DNA of 64,000 nt from Octopus vulgaris (GCA_951406725.2 OX597830.1:42594001-42658000); one strand, 5' to 3'. Counted from the first letter of the stretch, positions 12,364-26,231 are shown. Notes: generated by a model from the sequence alone, not told the origin. Made by a program: numbers and translations.

Positions 12364-13955
12364 CTAGATTAAGCAAATTGAAATGGAAGGATACAAATAC
12401 CTTGGTATACTAGAGTTCAATGAGATAATGGAAAAGAAAATGAAAGAGCAACTGATGATGGAGTATTTCTGGAGATTGAGGTTGGTGTTGCGCTCAAAAT
12501 TGACTAGATGCAATAAAATCCAAGCAGTTAATATGTGGGCAATAGCATCACTTTAGTATGGAGCAGGAATTATAAAATGGCAAAAGAGAGAAGTGAAGAG
12601 AATGGATACCAAGACCAGAAAAATGTTGACAGTACATGGAGCCTTCCACCCAAAGAGTGACACCAATAGGCTGTACTTGTTCTGAAGAAAGGGTCGGAGA
12701 GGTTTGATTAGTTGCCAGGACTGTATTGAAGCAGAGGAAAACAGCCCAGAGTTGTATATAAAAAATGCCGTGGAGCCACTGTTGAAACACATGAAGAAGG
12801 CCAGCATCATTAAAACTGAAAATTGTGTAACTAAAGAATATTTTAAACAAGAAATGAACAAAAGAAAAGAAAAAGAATGGAAGGAAAAGAAAATGTACAG
12901 TCAGTTTGCAAGAGATGTGAAAGCCAAGACAGATACAGAAGACCGGTGGCTATGGATGAGGAGGAATGACTTGGAGATAGAGACAGAAGCACTCATATGC
13001 GCAGCTCAGGAACAAGCAATAAGGACCAATTATATGAAGTGCAGAATAGACAACATTACCGATAGTGACAAATGCAGAATGTGTGATGAGAGGGGTGAAA
13101 TAGTATGGCACGTTGTTAGTGAATGCCCGAAATTGGCACAACGCAAATACAAAAGATACCATGACAATGTGGCAAGAATGATCCATTGGGAGGTCTATGG
13201 AAATCATGGCCTACAAAGAGCAAAGACATGGTATAACCAAACTCCTAAAGGAGTCAGCAAAAATGAGAACTGCAAAATCTTGAGGGATGCAATGTTCCAA
13301 TGTGATCAGCCGACCAGACATCGGAAACCGGACATTGTTGTAGTGAATAAAAAACAAAGAACATGTATGATTATTGACATAGCATGTGAAAGAAGAAGAA
13401 AAAAAATAAACAACTGTGATGATTTGAAGTGGGAAACACGAAGGTTATGGTCAATGAAGAGAGTAGACGTGATACCAATAGTAATTGGTGCACTTGGAAG
13501 TATCGGCACTCAACTACCAACATGGCTGAAAAAAAGAATGATGCAAGTGTGAAGGTAGAACACCTACAGAAATCAGCATTGCTTGGAACTGCAAGAATTC
13601 TTCGCAGGGTTCTTGACACATGACCAGTAAACAAGCGTTACTTTAGTCTGCTGGCTGACACTTTCCCTCATGCTCAGCAAAATAAGCTGTGAGTTTTCAT
13701 ATAATAATAATGATGGTGATGATGAAGATGATAATAATAATAATGGCTTCAAATTTTGGCACACAGCCAGCAATTTCAGCGAAAGGGTAAGTCAATTACA
13801 TTTACCCCAAAGCTCAACTGGCACTTGTTTTATCAACCCTGGAAGTATGAAAGGCAAAGTTGACCTCAGCAGAATTTGAACTCAGAATGTAAATATGGAT
13901 GAAATGTCTCTAAGCATTTTATCCAGAATACTAATGATTCTGCTAGGTTGCTGCC

Positions 13956-14003
<48 letters not shown>

Positions 14004-14004
<1 letters not shown>

Positions 14005-15750
14005 CTAACATACCCAACCTAAAGTAACCTCATTTATTCCACTGCTAAAGTTGTAATTGCTTGACTAGGTATCAGGACAACATGGAAAAGGGGAATGTAG
14101 CAATACAAAAAATGAAAGCAGCAGTACAAAAAGAGATCAAATCTCTGTGGATAGATGTATCAGTTCTCAATGAACATGCTAGAGGGGTAAATGTTAAGAC
14201 AAAACAAGCTAGAAAAATCAAGTAAAAATCTTTGATTTCATAAACCTCCCTGCAACCAAGGAACAATAGAAATGATGAATGCAACTGAAAGTCCAACAGC
14301 TCAGAAGGTATGACAAAAGAATAAAATTTTAGCGACAAAACAAGATATTCAAAATGGGTGCAAAGAAACTTTATAAGGAAATTGGCAAAAGTAAGATAGA
14401 AGTAAAGCAGCCACCTAAGACCAAGGAAATGGAAGAGTTCTGGAAGAAGATATGGAGCAACAAAAAAGAATATAATGCTGAAGCTGACTGGATAGAACAT
14501 GAGAAAGGAAGACTGGATGAAGTTGAAGAGCAGAAATGGGTGGTAATAGGAATAGAAGAGCTCTAAGATGTGTTCTTAGGAAGTCTCACAAATGGATAAT
14601 CCCAGGACTGGACAGAATTCCTAACTTCTGGCAAAATTGTCTGAGAGAAGTACACCAAAAGTTTGCTGCATCTGTGACTGATGTCATCCAGAACCCAAAA
14701 CAATTACCTGCCTGGCTAACTGAAGGAAAAACATACCTTCTACCAAAAACTGAAGATACAAAAAAATTCAAAGAACTACTGACTAATAACATGTCTCAGC
14801 AACCACCTACAAGATCCTCGCATCCATATTACCTGACAGAACATAAACTTTCCTTGAACAGAACTCTATCCTTCCACAAGCTCAAAAAGGCTGTCAAAGG
14901 AATTCTTACAAGTTCAAAGATCAATTACTAACAAATAATATGATTGTAGAAAATTGCTGGAGCAACAAGAAGAACCTGAATATAGCATGGATAGACTACA
15001 GGAAAGTATTTGATAATGTCCCTTATAATTGGATACTTAAGGCCCTTGAGATATATAAGATCTCTCCTGTCATCTCCAAATTCTTACAAGATAGCATGAC
15101 CCAGTGGAACATACATATCCTTCAACACCATAGTAATGGTATGAGCCAATCTAACAACATCAACAACAAACGAGGCATCTTTCAAGGTGGCTCCCTCTCC
15201 TCATTACTCTTTTGCATGGCACTGATCCCACTCTTAAATGAACTAAAAAACCCAGGTCATGTTCAAAGATTACAATACAACAATAAACTATCTTTTTTAT
15301 ATGGATGAGCTAAAGATGTTTCCTAGAAATGACCAAGAGCTAGTAGTGCTGCTGACAACTGTTAAAGAATTCAGTAATGACATCGGGGTGGACTTTGGCC
15401 TTGATAAATGTGCTAAATCAACTTTTGTAAGAGGCAAGCTCAGGCAAAAAGGTTCCATTAAATTAGATACTAACACTACCATCAAGGTGCTTGATCCACA
15501 AAAAACTTACAAATGCCTGGAGATAAACGAAGGAGACAGTATACAACATGTTACTATGAAGAAAGAGAAAAAAATAAGAAAGGAGTATTGCAGCAGAGTA
15601 AGACTCATAGTAAAAACTGATCTCAACTCTAAAAATTGCATCGAAGCCATTATCACCCTGGCACTTCCAGTAGTCCAATATATTTTTAACACCATTAACT
15701 GGAATCTTACAGAGCTCTAATGCCTGGACAGGAACAAGAAAACTACTAAC
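14004..15750 (+). mobile_element. Degenerate R4/Dong-type LINE, RT region
   Basis: PGLDRIPNFW, WLTEGKTYLLPK, AWIDYRKVFDNVP, RGIFQGGSLS, LFYMDELK, FGLDKC; many stops and frameshifts; follows (TAA)n at 13958-14002. Confidence 0.88.
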
Positions 15751-18674
15751 ATCCCATTCTATAACAGTGCCAGCCAATAGTAGTGTAGCATTATCAAGCA
15801 ATGGCGAAGAAATAATAGATGTAGGGAAATTGCCATTTTCTGATGAGAAGATTTCCCCCACTATATCCTGAAGAGCTTGTTAAACTTCTTGACATGAGGG
15901 AAAATATATTCCACTTCCATCCTTTTGAAAGTATATCATTATTCTTTTTACCCTCCTTTGGTTTAATCCCCATGACAAAGAAATACTGTTTGGTCTTATA
16001 ACAATCTCCTAACTAAAGTTTTTCTCTTGTAACTGCAACAGATCTAAAAACTCTGTTTGGTCAGTTTAACATTAAAGGAAGATTCACTTTAACACAACTG
16101 CATGAGCGGATTATAGTGTAGTCCATGCAAAGGTGACTGTTGTTGTTGTTGTTGCTAATTATATTGCTATCTTCAAAGAAACTTGTGTGAGTGCTTGAGG
16201 TAGTTTTCTACTAATTGTTCCCTAAACAGTTCACCCACAGGGCTTTGGTCAGCCCAGGGCTACAGTAGAAACCACTTGTCAAAGATGCCACACAGAGGGA
16301 CTGAACCCAAAACCATGTGGTTGGGGAGCTAACTTCTTAACCACACAGCCATACCATGCCAATTCTATTGACCACATCACCTTTACTTGCTTCTATCGCT
16401 TCTCATCACTAATGCCCAGGTTGGAAAAGTTGTCCAATCTTCCACAACCTTCTGTCTAATGAAGATGGCAGACTGAGTCATGGCACTGGTGAAAGGGAAA
16501 CAGAAAGAAGACATACTGGCACCGAACATTCCAGCAAGATCACAAATTGAGCATGGATCAGTTGAACCGGAGTGAAGTGAGCTGTAATAGATTTCTCTCT
16601 CTTAATTTCTTGTCAATATATTGACATTTTGCAGTTTAGTCCAGATTGAGTAGATTTATGGTCAAAGACAATTCAGCTATAACCATATTGACTCCTTTTA
16701 TCTGTGTTGGACTACATTGTCCAATGTATTCTTCAGCCAGAGAGTAATTTAAGAAATTTGGCTGCTATTTCTTGTAGATTGAGTGATCATGTAAAGCCCC
16801 CACCACCACCACTTTAACTCATCAGATTACACTTTAATATTGCATGATGGTGGTAGACATAACAGAGGAAGCTGATAACAGTATTGATGTTGTTGTTACT
16901 GTTGCTGGTGCTGCTAGTGTTTAGCATAATGTCAGTCCAAATCAAGCAAATTTTTGATGACAAGCATTCCAGCCATTACCATTTTTGATGACAGGTATTC
17001 CAGCCATGACTATTTGCATGCCTAAGCTTGCACTGTCCAATGTCTCCTCCCATTTCAGGTGATATGTAATTTGAGAGAGATTTGGCTGTTATTTCTAGCA
17101 GGCCAAGTGTACCCTGTAGAGGCTCTTTCATTGGCTCATAAATTAACATATGGCCAGAGTGAAATGGTAGAAGTGGTAGAGCGCCAGATTAAGTGCTTTG
17201 TAGAATTTAGTCATCATCCTTTAAATCCAGAGTTCAATTTTGCACGGATTCACTTCATCTTTTTCTCCCCCCACCCCCACTGCCCCAGAATCTAATAAAA
17301 TAAGTGCTAGTTCTTGTTGATTTAATTGATTATAAAGTCCAAACCCTAGGATTAGAATCAACAAATTTGTAGGTTGTGCCAATGTGAGAAATCAATATGT
17401 TAATCAATAGGTAAATTATTAACTTTAGGGGATAAAGTATAATATGATGTGAGAGCTGGTCCATTTACTAATTAGACAGGCAACTTGATAATCACAATAG
17501 CAATTAAAACTTTCCTTCCTGTTGATTAGTTAAACACGCACACATCAGCAAAGATTTTAGGAGAATAGTCTTCCATTGAATGATAAATATAGAAGATTAA
17601 AATACAGAAGTGAAAATATCATTTAAATAGAATGAGGCGAAGAGAACTGTTTCTAATTTAGGTCAGTAGTTTCAAGGGGTTTAATTGATTGCATCAACCC
17701 AAATATTTGGCAGGTATTTTATGTTATTGACCCCATAAGGATGAAAGACAAAGTTGTCTTCAGTGGGATTTGAACTTGGATCATAATGAGCTGCAACTAA
17801 AAGCCACAAGGAATTTTGTTTGTTACTCTAATGGTTCTACCAGTTCACCACCCTTATTGTACCCAAGAATTATTAAGGGAAGCATAATGTATTGGATGAT
17901 AAGCAGGTCATTTTGCTTTAGCTTTATTTGTTTCGCTCATTACACTCTGGCCATACTGGGGCACAGCTTTGAAGAACTTTTAATTGCATGAATTGGCTTC
18001 AGCATTTATTTTAAATCTGTCTGTCTATTTTGCCAAACTACTGAGTTACAGGGATATAAACAAACCAACATTGGTTGTCAAGTGATGTGGGAGACTAACA
18101 CTAAGGACACACACACACAACATACATACCTACAGATAGGCTTGCACATTTTTCATGTATCAAATTCACTCACAAAGTATTGGTCAGTTCAGAGCTATAT
18201 CAGAGACACTTGCTCATTTTGCTGCACAGTGGAACTGAAGCCAAAAGCAGATGATTTCAAAGAGAGCTTCTTAACCACAAAGCCATGCCTGCACCTGTTT
18301 TTTTCAAACATAGTGTATCTTATATGTATCCAATTTACAGCATCCATTTTTAAGATGGTAGAGGTGATTTGGTTGCTATTTCTATAAGGTTGTACAAATG
18401 TGTAGAGCTTATCCCATTGGTTCATTCTGATAGATATTTTCACTGTGCAGAAACATACCAAAAAGACTGTAGAATATGAATTCATGATCCAACAGTTGGT
18501 TGTCTGAAACATAATCCACCCAACCAATTCACTTTTCAAGCAATTCAAAGATGGCATTGAGCTGGCAGAATAATTAATACGATGGACAAAATGCTTAGCG
18601 GCATTGCTCCTGGTTTTATGTTCTGAGTTCAAATTATACTGGAGTTGACTTTCAGGGTCAACAAAATAAATACA

Positions 18675-18907
18675 TATTTCTTTACTATCCACAAGGGGAT
18701 AAACACAGAGAGGACAAACAAGGACAGACAAACGGATTAAGTCGATTATATCAACCCCAGTGCATAACTGGTACTAAAAATACTGGCTCCAAAAGGATGA
18801 AAGGCAAAGTCGACCTCGGTGGAATTTGAACTCAGAACATAGCGGCAGACGAAATACCGGTAAGCATTTCGCCTGGCGTACTAACGATTCTGCCAGCTCG
18901 CCGCCTT
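18675..18907 (-). mobile_element. Young family-A SINE nested in an older opposite-strand family-A SINE
   Basis: CpG-retaining copy flanked by aaataaatac / aaataagtac; the host SINE resumes at 18908. Confidence 0.82.
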
Positions 18908-20537
18908 AAATAAGTACCAGTTGAATACTAGGGTTGGTGCAATCCACTAGCCCCCTCCCACCAAAACTTGATACCTTGTATCAATAGTAGAAATTATTAT
19001 TATTATTATCATTGTGGTTTAAAATTTTAACACATGGCCAGCAATTTTGCAGGAGGGAGTAAGTTGATTACATTGATTTCCCCATGCTCAACTGGTAGTT
19101 ACTTTATAAACCCGAAAAGGATGAAAGGCAAAGTTGGCATTGGTGGAATTTGAACTCAGAATGTAAGGAAGAATGAAATGCAGCTAATCATTTTGTCTGA
19201 TGTGTTCATGGTTCTGCCAGTTGGCTTCCTTAGAAAGGATTGTTATTATATTTTCTAATTTTATGTTCTGACTTCAAATTCCATTGATGTTGACTTTGCC
19301 TTTCATCCTTTTGGGGTCAATAAAAAATTAAGTATTATTTGAGCACTGTGGTCAATATAATTTACCAGTCTCCCCTCACATAATTCCATGCCACATACCA
19401 ACAATAGAAAGACTTATTTAATGTGTCTGTTCATTTAAAGGATTTTTTGTTTTTGTTCTGATCTTGAATTATCTCCCTTACTTTTGTTTGGGTTATTTAA
19501 AGCATTCTTCAACAATGTTTGCCACTGCTAGATGAGTGTAAAGTTTTGATCAATAACAATTATACTTTCTACATAAAGTTTGCTAGCACTATTAATAGTG
19601 AAAGGCTAAAGAAGTTTTCAAGTCAAAAGTGAATTTCTACATTGTCATTCAACCTGATAGATGTATTTCCCTCAAATCTCTCTTTTATCATATATAAGAA
19701 ACAAAGCAAAGAAAAAAAAAAAGAATGAAAGAACATTAAATAAGTATAGTCCTAGATATACAAAACCTGATGAAAATGAAAAAAAATTGAAGATAATGAC
19801 AAGATATTACAGGTGGGCTGCTTTTGATCATAAAATGTAATTGTTCAGGACTGAACTGATGCTAAACAGCAACAGAGCAGCTGCTTTGTGGTGACCTGAC
19901 CTGCTAAAAATAATAGTCAAAATTTCTCTCGGGCATGACTGTATGATTAAGAAGGTCAGTTTGAAGTTGTGTGGTCCTGTGTATGACCCCGACAAGGTGG
20001 GCACCCTGGGCAAATCTCAGCTAACATAGTGCCACATAGACCAATATATTTCAAATGGAATTTGGTAGGTGGGAATTATACAGAAATCAGTCATGTGTGG
20101 ATGTGTGTGTGTACATGTATGAATGTGCATGCACACACACACATACATACATATGTATGTATGTGTGCATGTGTGTGTGTGTGTGTGTGTGTATAGGAGA
20201 ATGACAAAAGAGAAATAACTCGGAGATGCTAGCGGCATGGATGTAGAAAATAGAAACAAATGACTCAAGGAGATATCAGCTACCATGTCTGATTAATTCT
20301 TGATTCCTCAAAGAAACAACCTTCCCTTTGACAAAAGAATAGAGAAATGCCTTGTGGCAATTGGCATCAACTCCAAATGAGAAGGCAATAGCATGTCAAG
20401 AATCAAGAACTCACCAACATTGAAACTTCACTAAGGAAAAAACATTCTGATTGTCTGGAGACAAGAGAACAGTTGCAGATAGGTGTTACTGCTTCAGTGT
20501 GGCTCATCAACACAGAAGTTGTCTACCTCACCACCCA

Positions 20538-20600
<63 letters not shown>

Positions 20601-22619
20601 CTTTCTATTTTGGACTAGGAGATAAACATTGGGGAGAAAACTAAGACAACTTTTGTTACTTTTTTTTTTAATAAAGTCAGTTATGATGTTTGTTCTGTTG
20701 TGAGTTACATGCACTTCCTTGTCACATCAGCCGCCAAAACATATTGGCAAGTTGAAAATCAGTATCCAATATTTTTGTTCACCAATAATCAACACACACA
20801 CACACACACACACACACATAATTCATACTCTGCCTTCTTTAGAAAAAATCACAAATATAGACTATGTAGTTCAATATTTCAGACATCGTTTGAAACGAGA
20901 GAGAGAGAGAGTGTGTGTGTGTGAGAGAGTAAAAATGTTACAGATCGTTTGTCTTTGATCAGACGGTCTACTCACTGGGGTTAAATACTAACAACATAAG
21001 TTTCCTGGTTCAGTGGTTTAGTAAAGTTTGATCAAGATAAATAATCAATAGAAACGTGGATGATAGCATACATGGTGTGGTAAACTGAGAAATTTTAATT
21101 ACTATAACACCTTTAATGATGAAAAAGAAAAAAAAAAACAATGGAGTCAAGGGAGACAACCCCATTAATCTGAATTTTAATGACAAACTCTGGTTAAAAA
21201 ATGGGAAGCAGGGGAGACAACCTCGAAAGTATAATAAATTTAAATTAAATAATAATGTTATATATATAAGCTTGATTAGTTGCAGTTTATCAGTGATAAT
21301 TCTTCTCCTTTCTACATACACACACCTTGTACGCACACGCATACACATACGCTGTGTACAAACACTTTCATTTCCTGCTTAAATCATTATGAGGAACGTA
21401 ATTCAACTGCAAAACATCTGCTGTATTAACAATAACAGCAACAGCATCAACAATTTTGTAGTATCCCTCAGCCTATTCTCCTGTGAAAGTCTATGCACTG
21501 GAGCTGAATAGAGAATCTTTACATGGTCGCTTGGCATCTTGTAAATACCAGCCAAATGACTCCCTTACTCCTTACTCAAATGACTCCCTCATGTTTTAAA
21601 TAAGCAGAGGATATATGATATGTTGTCCCAGACAGGACGGTCGCAGCTGGAATACCTTTTTATCATAAATGCATCTGATCAATTAAGTTTGACTTCAGAA
21701 CTAAGCAACAACTTCATATCTCAATGCTCCCTTCTTCTTGCATTCCCTTTGAATCACTTCCTGATCCACACTCCTTGTTAAACACAATCGTTTTTCTCCT
21801 ACAGCTACCATTAAAATAACAATCTCACCTAAATTTCATGGAATCCCTCCCACCAGCTATCAGTAACAATCCCTCCTAAATTTCATTTTATCCTTCTGAC
21901 CCACTACTACAAGCCATTAACTTTCCCATCTAAACACAAACCTCATGTAATTACCCAAATCCCCCTCAGCCACAGAGGATCCAAAAACGGTATAGGTGCT
22001 ATCCTTTTCCTTCAGATACATATTTAAAAAATATAATAATGCTTTGAGAAGAGTAAGCTTAATGAAAGTGGCCTCTTGCTATTGGGTCATAAATGTACCA
22101 CTAGAGTAAGTCAGATAGACCAAAGCTGCTCCTACAGAAATCAAACTCATCAAATTTGCATTACTGCTGCAATAATACTTAATGGAAAAAGAATTGTTTG
22201 AACTTAATGGTACCTACTTACAATTAATTTGAGTGGGACATTTGAGAGTTGAGTGATTTTCACCATAAACATTTATATTCAAGCCCACTCGACTCATTAT
22301 TAATAAGAAAATATGAACTGCCATGTTTTTACAGATAATCCAATATTGTGCAAACTCTACCATGCGTTACTCTCAAGTCCAGTGGTATAAGATAACAAAA
22401 CATCAGTAATAAAAATGCAAGCCAACAAAGAAACCTCTACATTAGTGAAGACAAACTCTTTTGCCTACAGGCAAAACTTAGCCTGTCTTCAAATTTGAAA
22501 TGGCTCACTGATAAAGTCTCTAAAATCCTGTATGATAAAAAGGGTTACATCCTTAGGATAAAGACAGTAGTTTGATATAAGTTATATATATGTGAATTCA
22601 TAAAACAAAGCCTGTGATC

Positions 22620-22996
22620 AGGAATGATACTTAGGGGATTCTATGGGACTTCTTCATAAACACTGATCATACTATTAAAGCAAGGGAAATAGATATGACC
22701 ATAGAAGACACAAAAGAAAATAATAAATAAAACAGTGTAAGACTACACTTTCCAATGCTATATGATAGTAGAGTGGTGATCAAAGAAATTGAGAAATATC
22801 AGGACCTAACCACAGAGATGAAGAGATTGTGGAACACAGAAGTGACAGTCGTTCTTGTGGGAATTGGTGCCATTGGCCTAACATGTAGACTGCTACCTAA
22901 GAGAATGAAGGATATTGGAATTAAGATATTGTCAATCTGCAGAAAAATGCAATACAGCATTTTGCAGGAATCCTAAGAAAGCCTCTTGAGATCTGA
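22620..22996 (+). mobile_element. R4/Dong-type LINE 3' fragment (endonuclease end)
   Basis: ILWDFFINTDHTIKAR...KEIEKYQDLTTEMKRLW...VVLVGIGAIG; TAA-rich tail. Confidence 0.75.
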
Positions 22997-23152
22997 GAAG
23001 ATTTGTTATCACCAAACCTCAAGATAACATGTCTGCTAATTAATTTAGCATGTAATACCTTTGAAATAATATATATATATATATATATAATAATAATAAA
23101 TATTAGGGAATAAATCCAGATTTACAAGGAAAAATCAGATTTAAGATTGAAT

Positions 23153-23405
23153 AAAAACCTCATAGTTAAAAATAATTATTAAAATTATAATTAAGGGTAT
23201 CTAAAAGATATCACCATGCTAGATATAGTAGTCAAAACTTGACTCTGAAACCACATCAAATATTCATACAGTATCAAGAGAGAAGACAAAGAGACAAAAT
23301 AAACTAGCAAAAAATTTATTGGATAATTCCAGATCCCGGATTTCTGACTTTGCATAAGGAATGCTTTGCTTCATCTGTGGAATATACACAAAATAGTACA
23401 TAAAT

Positions 23406-23450
<45 letters not shown>

Positions 23451-23906
23451 ATACTTACATATATGCACGTATACATACGTAAGCATTTCTTATGTAAAAC
23501 CAGAAATCTGAGAGCTGGAATTATCCAATAAATTTTTTGCTAGTTTATTTTGTCTCTTTGTCTTCTCTCCTGGTGCTGTATGAATATTTGATGTGGTTTT
23601 AGAGTCAAGTTTTGACTACTATATCTAGCATGATGGTATCTTTTAGATACCCTTAATTATAATTTTAATAATAATTATTAACTATGAGGTTTTTGTTCCT
23701 ATGTTAGCCACTTGATATGATCGGTATTTTAAATAACGATCTTATCCTTATTTGTATAAATTTATATATTTACTTTGTCATTATATTCACTGCAGTGGTA
23801 TTTTGACCATATCGCACGAGGAGTTTAGGCGAGCAATTTAAACTGGTCGTGTGCATACGTACATATATATGTGTGTAAACGTGCATATATGTAAGTATTC
23901 GTCTGT

Positions 23907-23947
<41 letters not shown>

Positions 23948-24119
23948 ATTTATGTACTATTTTGCGTGTATTCCACTGATGAGGCAAAGCATTTCTTTTG
24001 CTAGTTTTTGTCTCTTTGTCTTCCCTCCTGGTGCTATGTGAATATTTGATGTAGTTTTAGAGTCAAGTTTTGACTGCTATATCTAGCATGGTGGTATCTT
24101 TTAGATACCCTTAATTGTA

Positions 24120-24122
<3 letters not shown>
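23153..24122. mobile_element. Penelope-type pseudo-LTR cluster: one inverted and two direct partial copies
   Basis: 23153-23470 is the reverse complement of both 23481-23694 and 23878-24122; contains UUCCA-C(U/A)GAUGA...GAAAU-CCGGG-AUC-UGGAA. Confidence 0.78.
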
Positions 24123-24169
<47 letters not shown>

Positions 24170-24713
24170 TCTGAAAGAATCCTATGCTAGTGCCACATAA
24201 AAGTGTTTGTGTGATGCCACATAAAGGCACCCAGCATACTCTGTAACGTAGTTGATGTTAGAAAGGGCATCCAGCCATAGAAACCATGCTAAATCAGACT
24301 GGAGCCAGGTACAGCTCACCAGCTTGCCAGCATTGATCAAACCGTCCAACCCGTGCCAGCATAGATGACATTAAATGATGATGATAATATATACACACAC
24401 ACACACACACACATACATATATATATAGCAAATAAGTAACAAGGATGTCAAGGTATTAATGCCATACGGCCGTTTCAGGTAGCTCCATTTAATTGAACGA
24501 TGCAAGTATTACATCAATTTGAAATACACCACCATCTTTCAAATTGATGTAATGCTTGCATTGTTCAATTAAATGGAGCCACCTGAAACAACCATATTGA
24601 CATCCTTGTTCCCAATTTGCTTTTTATTCACCTTACTTCAAGCTGTGCAGATAATACCAGGCTGACTTGGTGCCTGAACTTAAGTACTTAATTCAACTGA
24701 ATCTTAATTATTT

Positions 24714-24757
<44 letters not shown>

Positions 24758-26231
24758 CATATATATACATATATATAATAACATAAATAATATATAAACA
24801 TATGCATATATACATACATATATGTACATACCTACATCTATATGTATATATACATGCATATATGTGTACAGGACACCCAAAAAAAAAAAACGTTGAACAC
24901 AATGAGAAACAAAAACATAGAAACAAACTTTTTTTCAAACAACGAAAAAACAGAGTACAAGACATACAACACAAGGAGTATTCCCCTTCTTCAGTTGTCT
25001 CTGTGTCATCTACTCTGTGTTTCGAAGGTAAGGACAAGACGTGACTTCAATGAAACAGTCCTTCCCGCAAAGCAAATTAAATAAAATTTGGGATTTTTTG
25101 CAGAGGGGTAAAAGTGGTAACAAAAACAGGACAGGAAAAACAATACAAATAAAAACAGTAAAAGACAGGACAAGGAGAATAACACAGTAAAAATGAACGA
25201 TGAGGGCTGTTAATATATATACATACATACATGTATATATTGTTATTATCATTGTTATTATTACTATTATTATTATTGTTGTTGTTGTCGTCTTCATCAT
25301 CATCATCATCATTGAGTGCGAGAGCAGCGCATGCCATTAAAGTGACACTGGGGTAAAATATATGAAGCACAATATACCTATCATGACTACCTGTCTGATG
25401 AAGGTACACCAGGCACATACATTGCAACCATATGTGTGTAACATGGTAATCTTATATCAACATAAACAGCACATGACCGTGCAGGTAGGGCCCAGTTAGA
25501 ATTTTCTTCAGGTTGAGTAGCTCATCCTGCAAAAAAGGTCCTTGAATAAGGTTTGTTTAAGGATGATGAACAAAGCACCCATGTTTCAGGAGGTGAATTA
25601 TTCAAACTCCAAAGAATTCCTCTAAACACATAGCTACGATGCTCCCCCACTACTGCTGCTTGTGATTAGAGATGCACATATCATCAGCCACTAAGGGACA
25701 TGCTCAACTGGTTAAGGCCAAGCAACTGACAAGTAAATCTGTGGTATTGAGCAGAATATTTACTGTAGTCCATCTTTTATACCAAGACACAACAATGTAC
25801 ATGATAACATGTCCAATCAGTTAAGATCAAAAACCATGAGAGCCACTGCCTGCAAATTTACACCTGAACAAATCTGTTTTCTGTAAAACTTTGAGTAACA
25901 TGGGCCCCCAATCAAACTGTTTTAAATTATGATATATGTAATTCCTACAAAAAGTGTTCAGTGCCTTTCCTTTGTCCACTTGTCCACTCTTTTGCACATT
26001 ATATATATATATATATATACATGTGCATGTGCGTATGTGTATATATATATATATGTGTGTATATATATATGTATATGTGTGTGTGTTTAAAGTCCTAAAT
26101 GACAGAACTCAAAAGCTCAAAAACATACAACTAACTTATATTATGATATTAAATCATAAATAAATAACTTACATGTCTGCATTAATGGAAAATACAAAAA
26201 ATTCGTTCAAAATAATGAAAAATTTGAGCAA

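Larger units (their letters stand above)
10169..13700 (+). mobile_element. 5'-truncated R4/Dong-type non-LTR retrotransposon (RT C-terminus, CCHC knuckle, restriction-like endonuclease), interrupted by the Gypsy insertion
   Basis: GFELKKC...LKRG (10169-10247) resumes at 12368 as IKQIEMEGYKYLGILE; then CRMC...HVVSEC, RYHD, RKPDIVV...IIDIAC, IPIVIGALG; TAA-rich repeats on both flanks. Confidence 0.9.

Noticed and set aside
12704-13552. 282-aa ORF as a host gene
   Set aside because: It is the C-terminal part of a LINE ORF with an upstream stop and a downstream frameshift.
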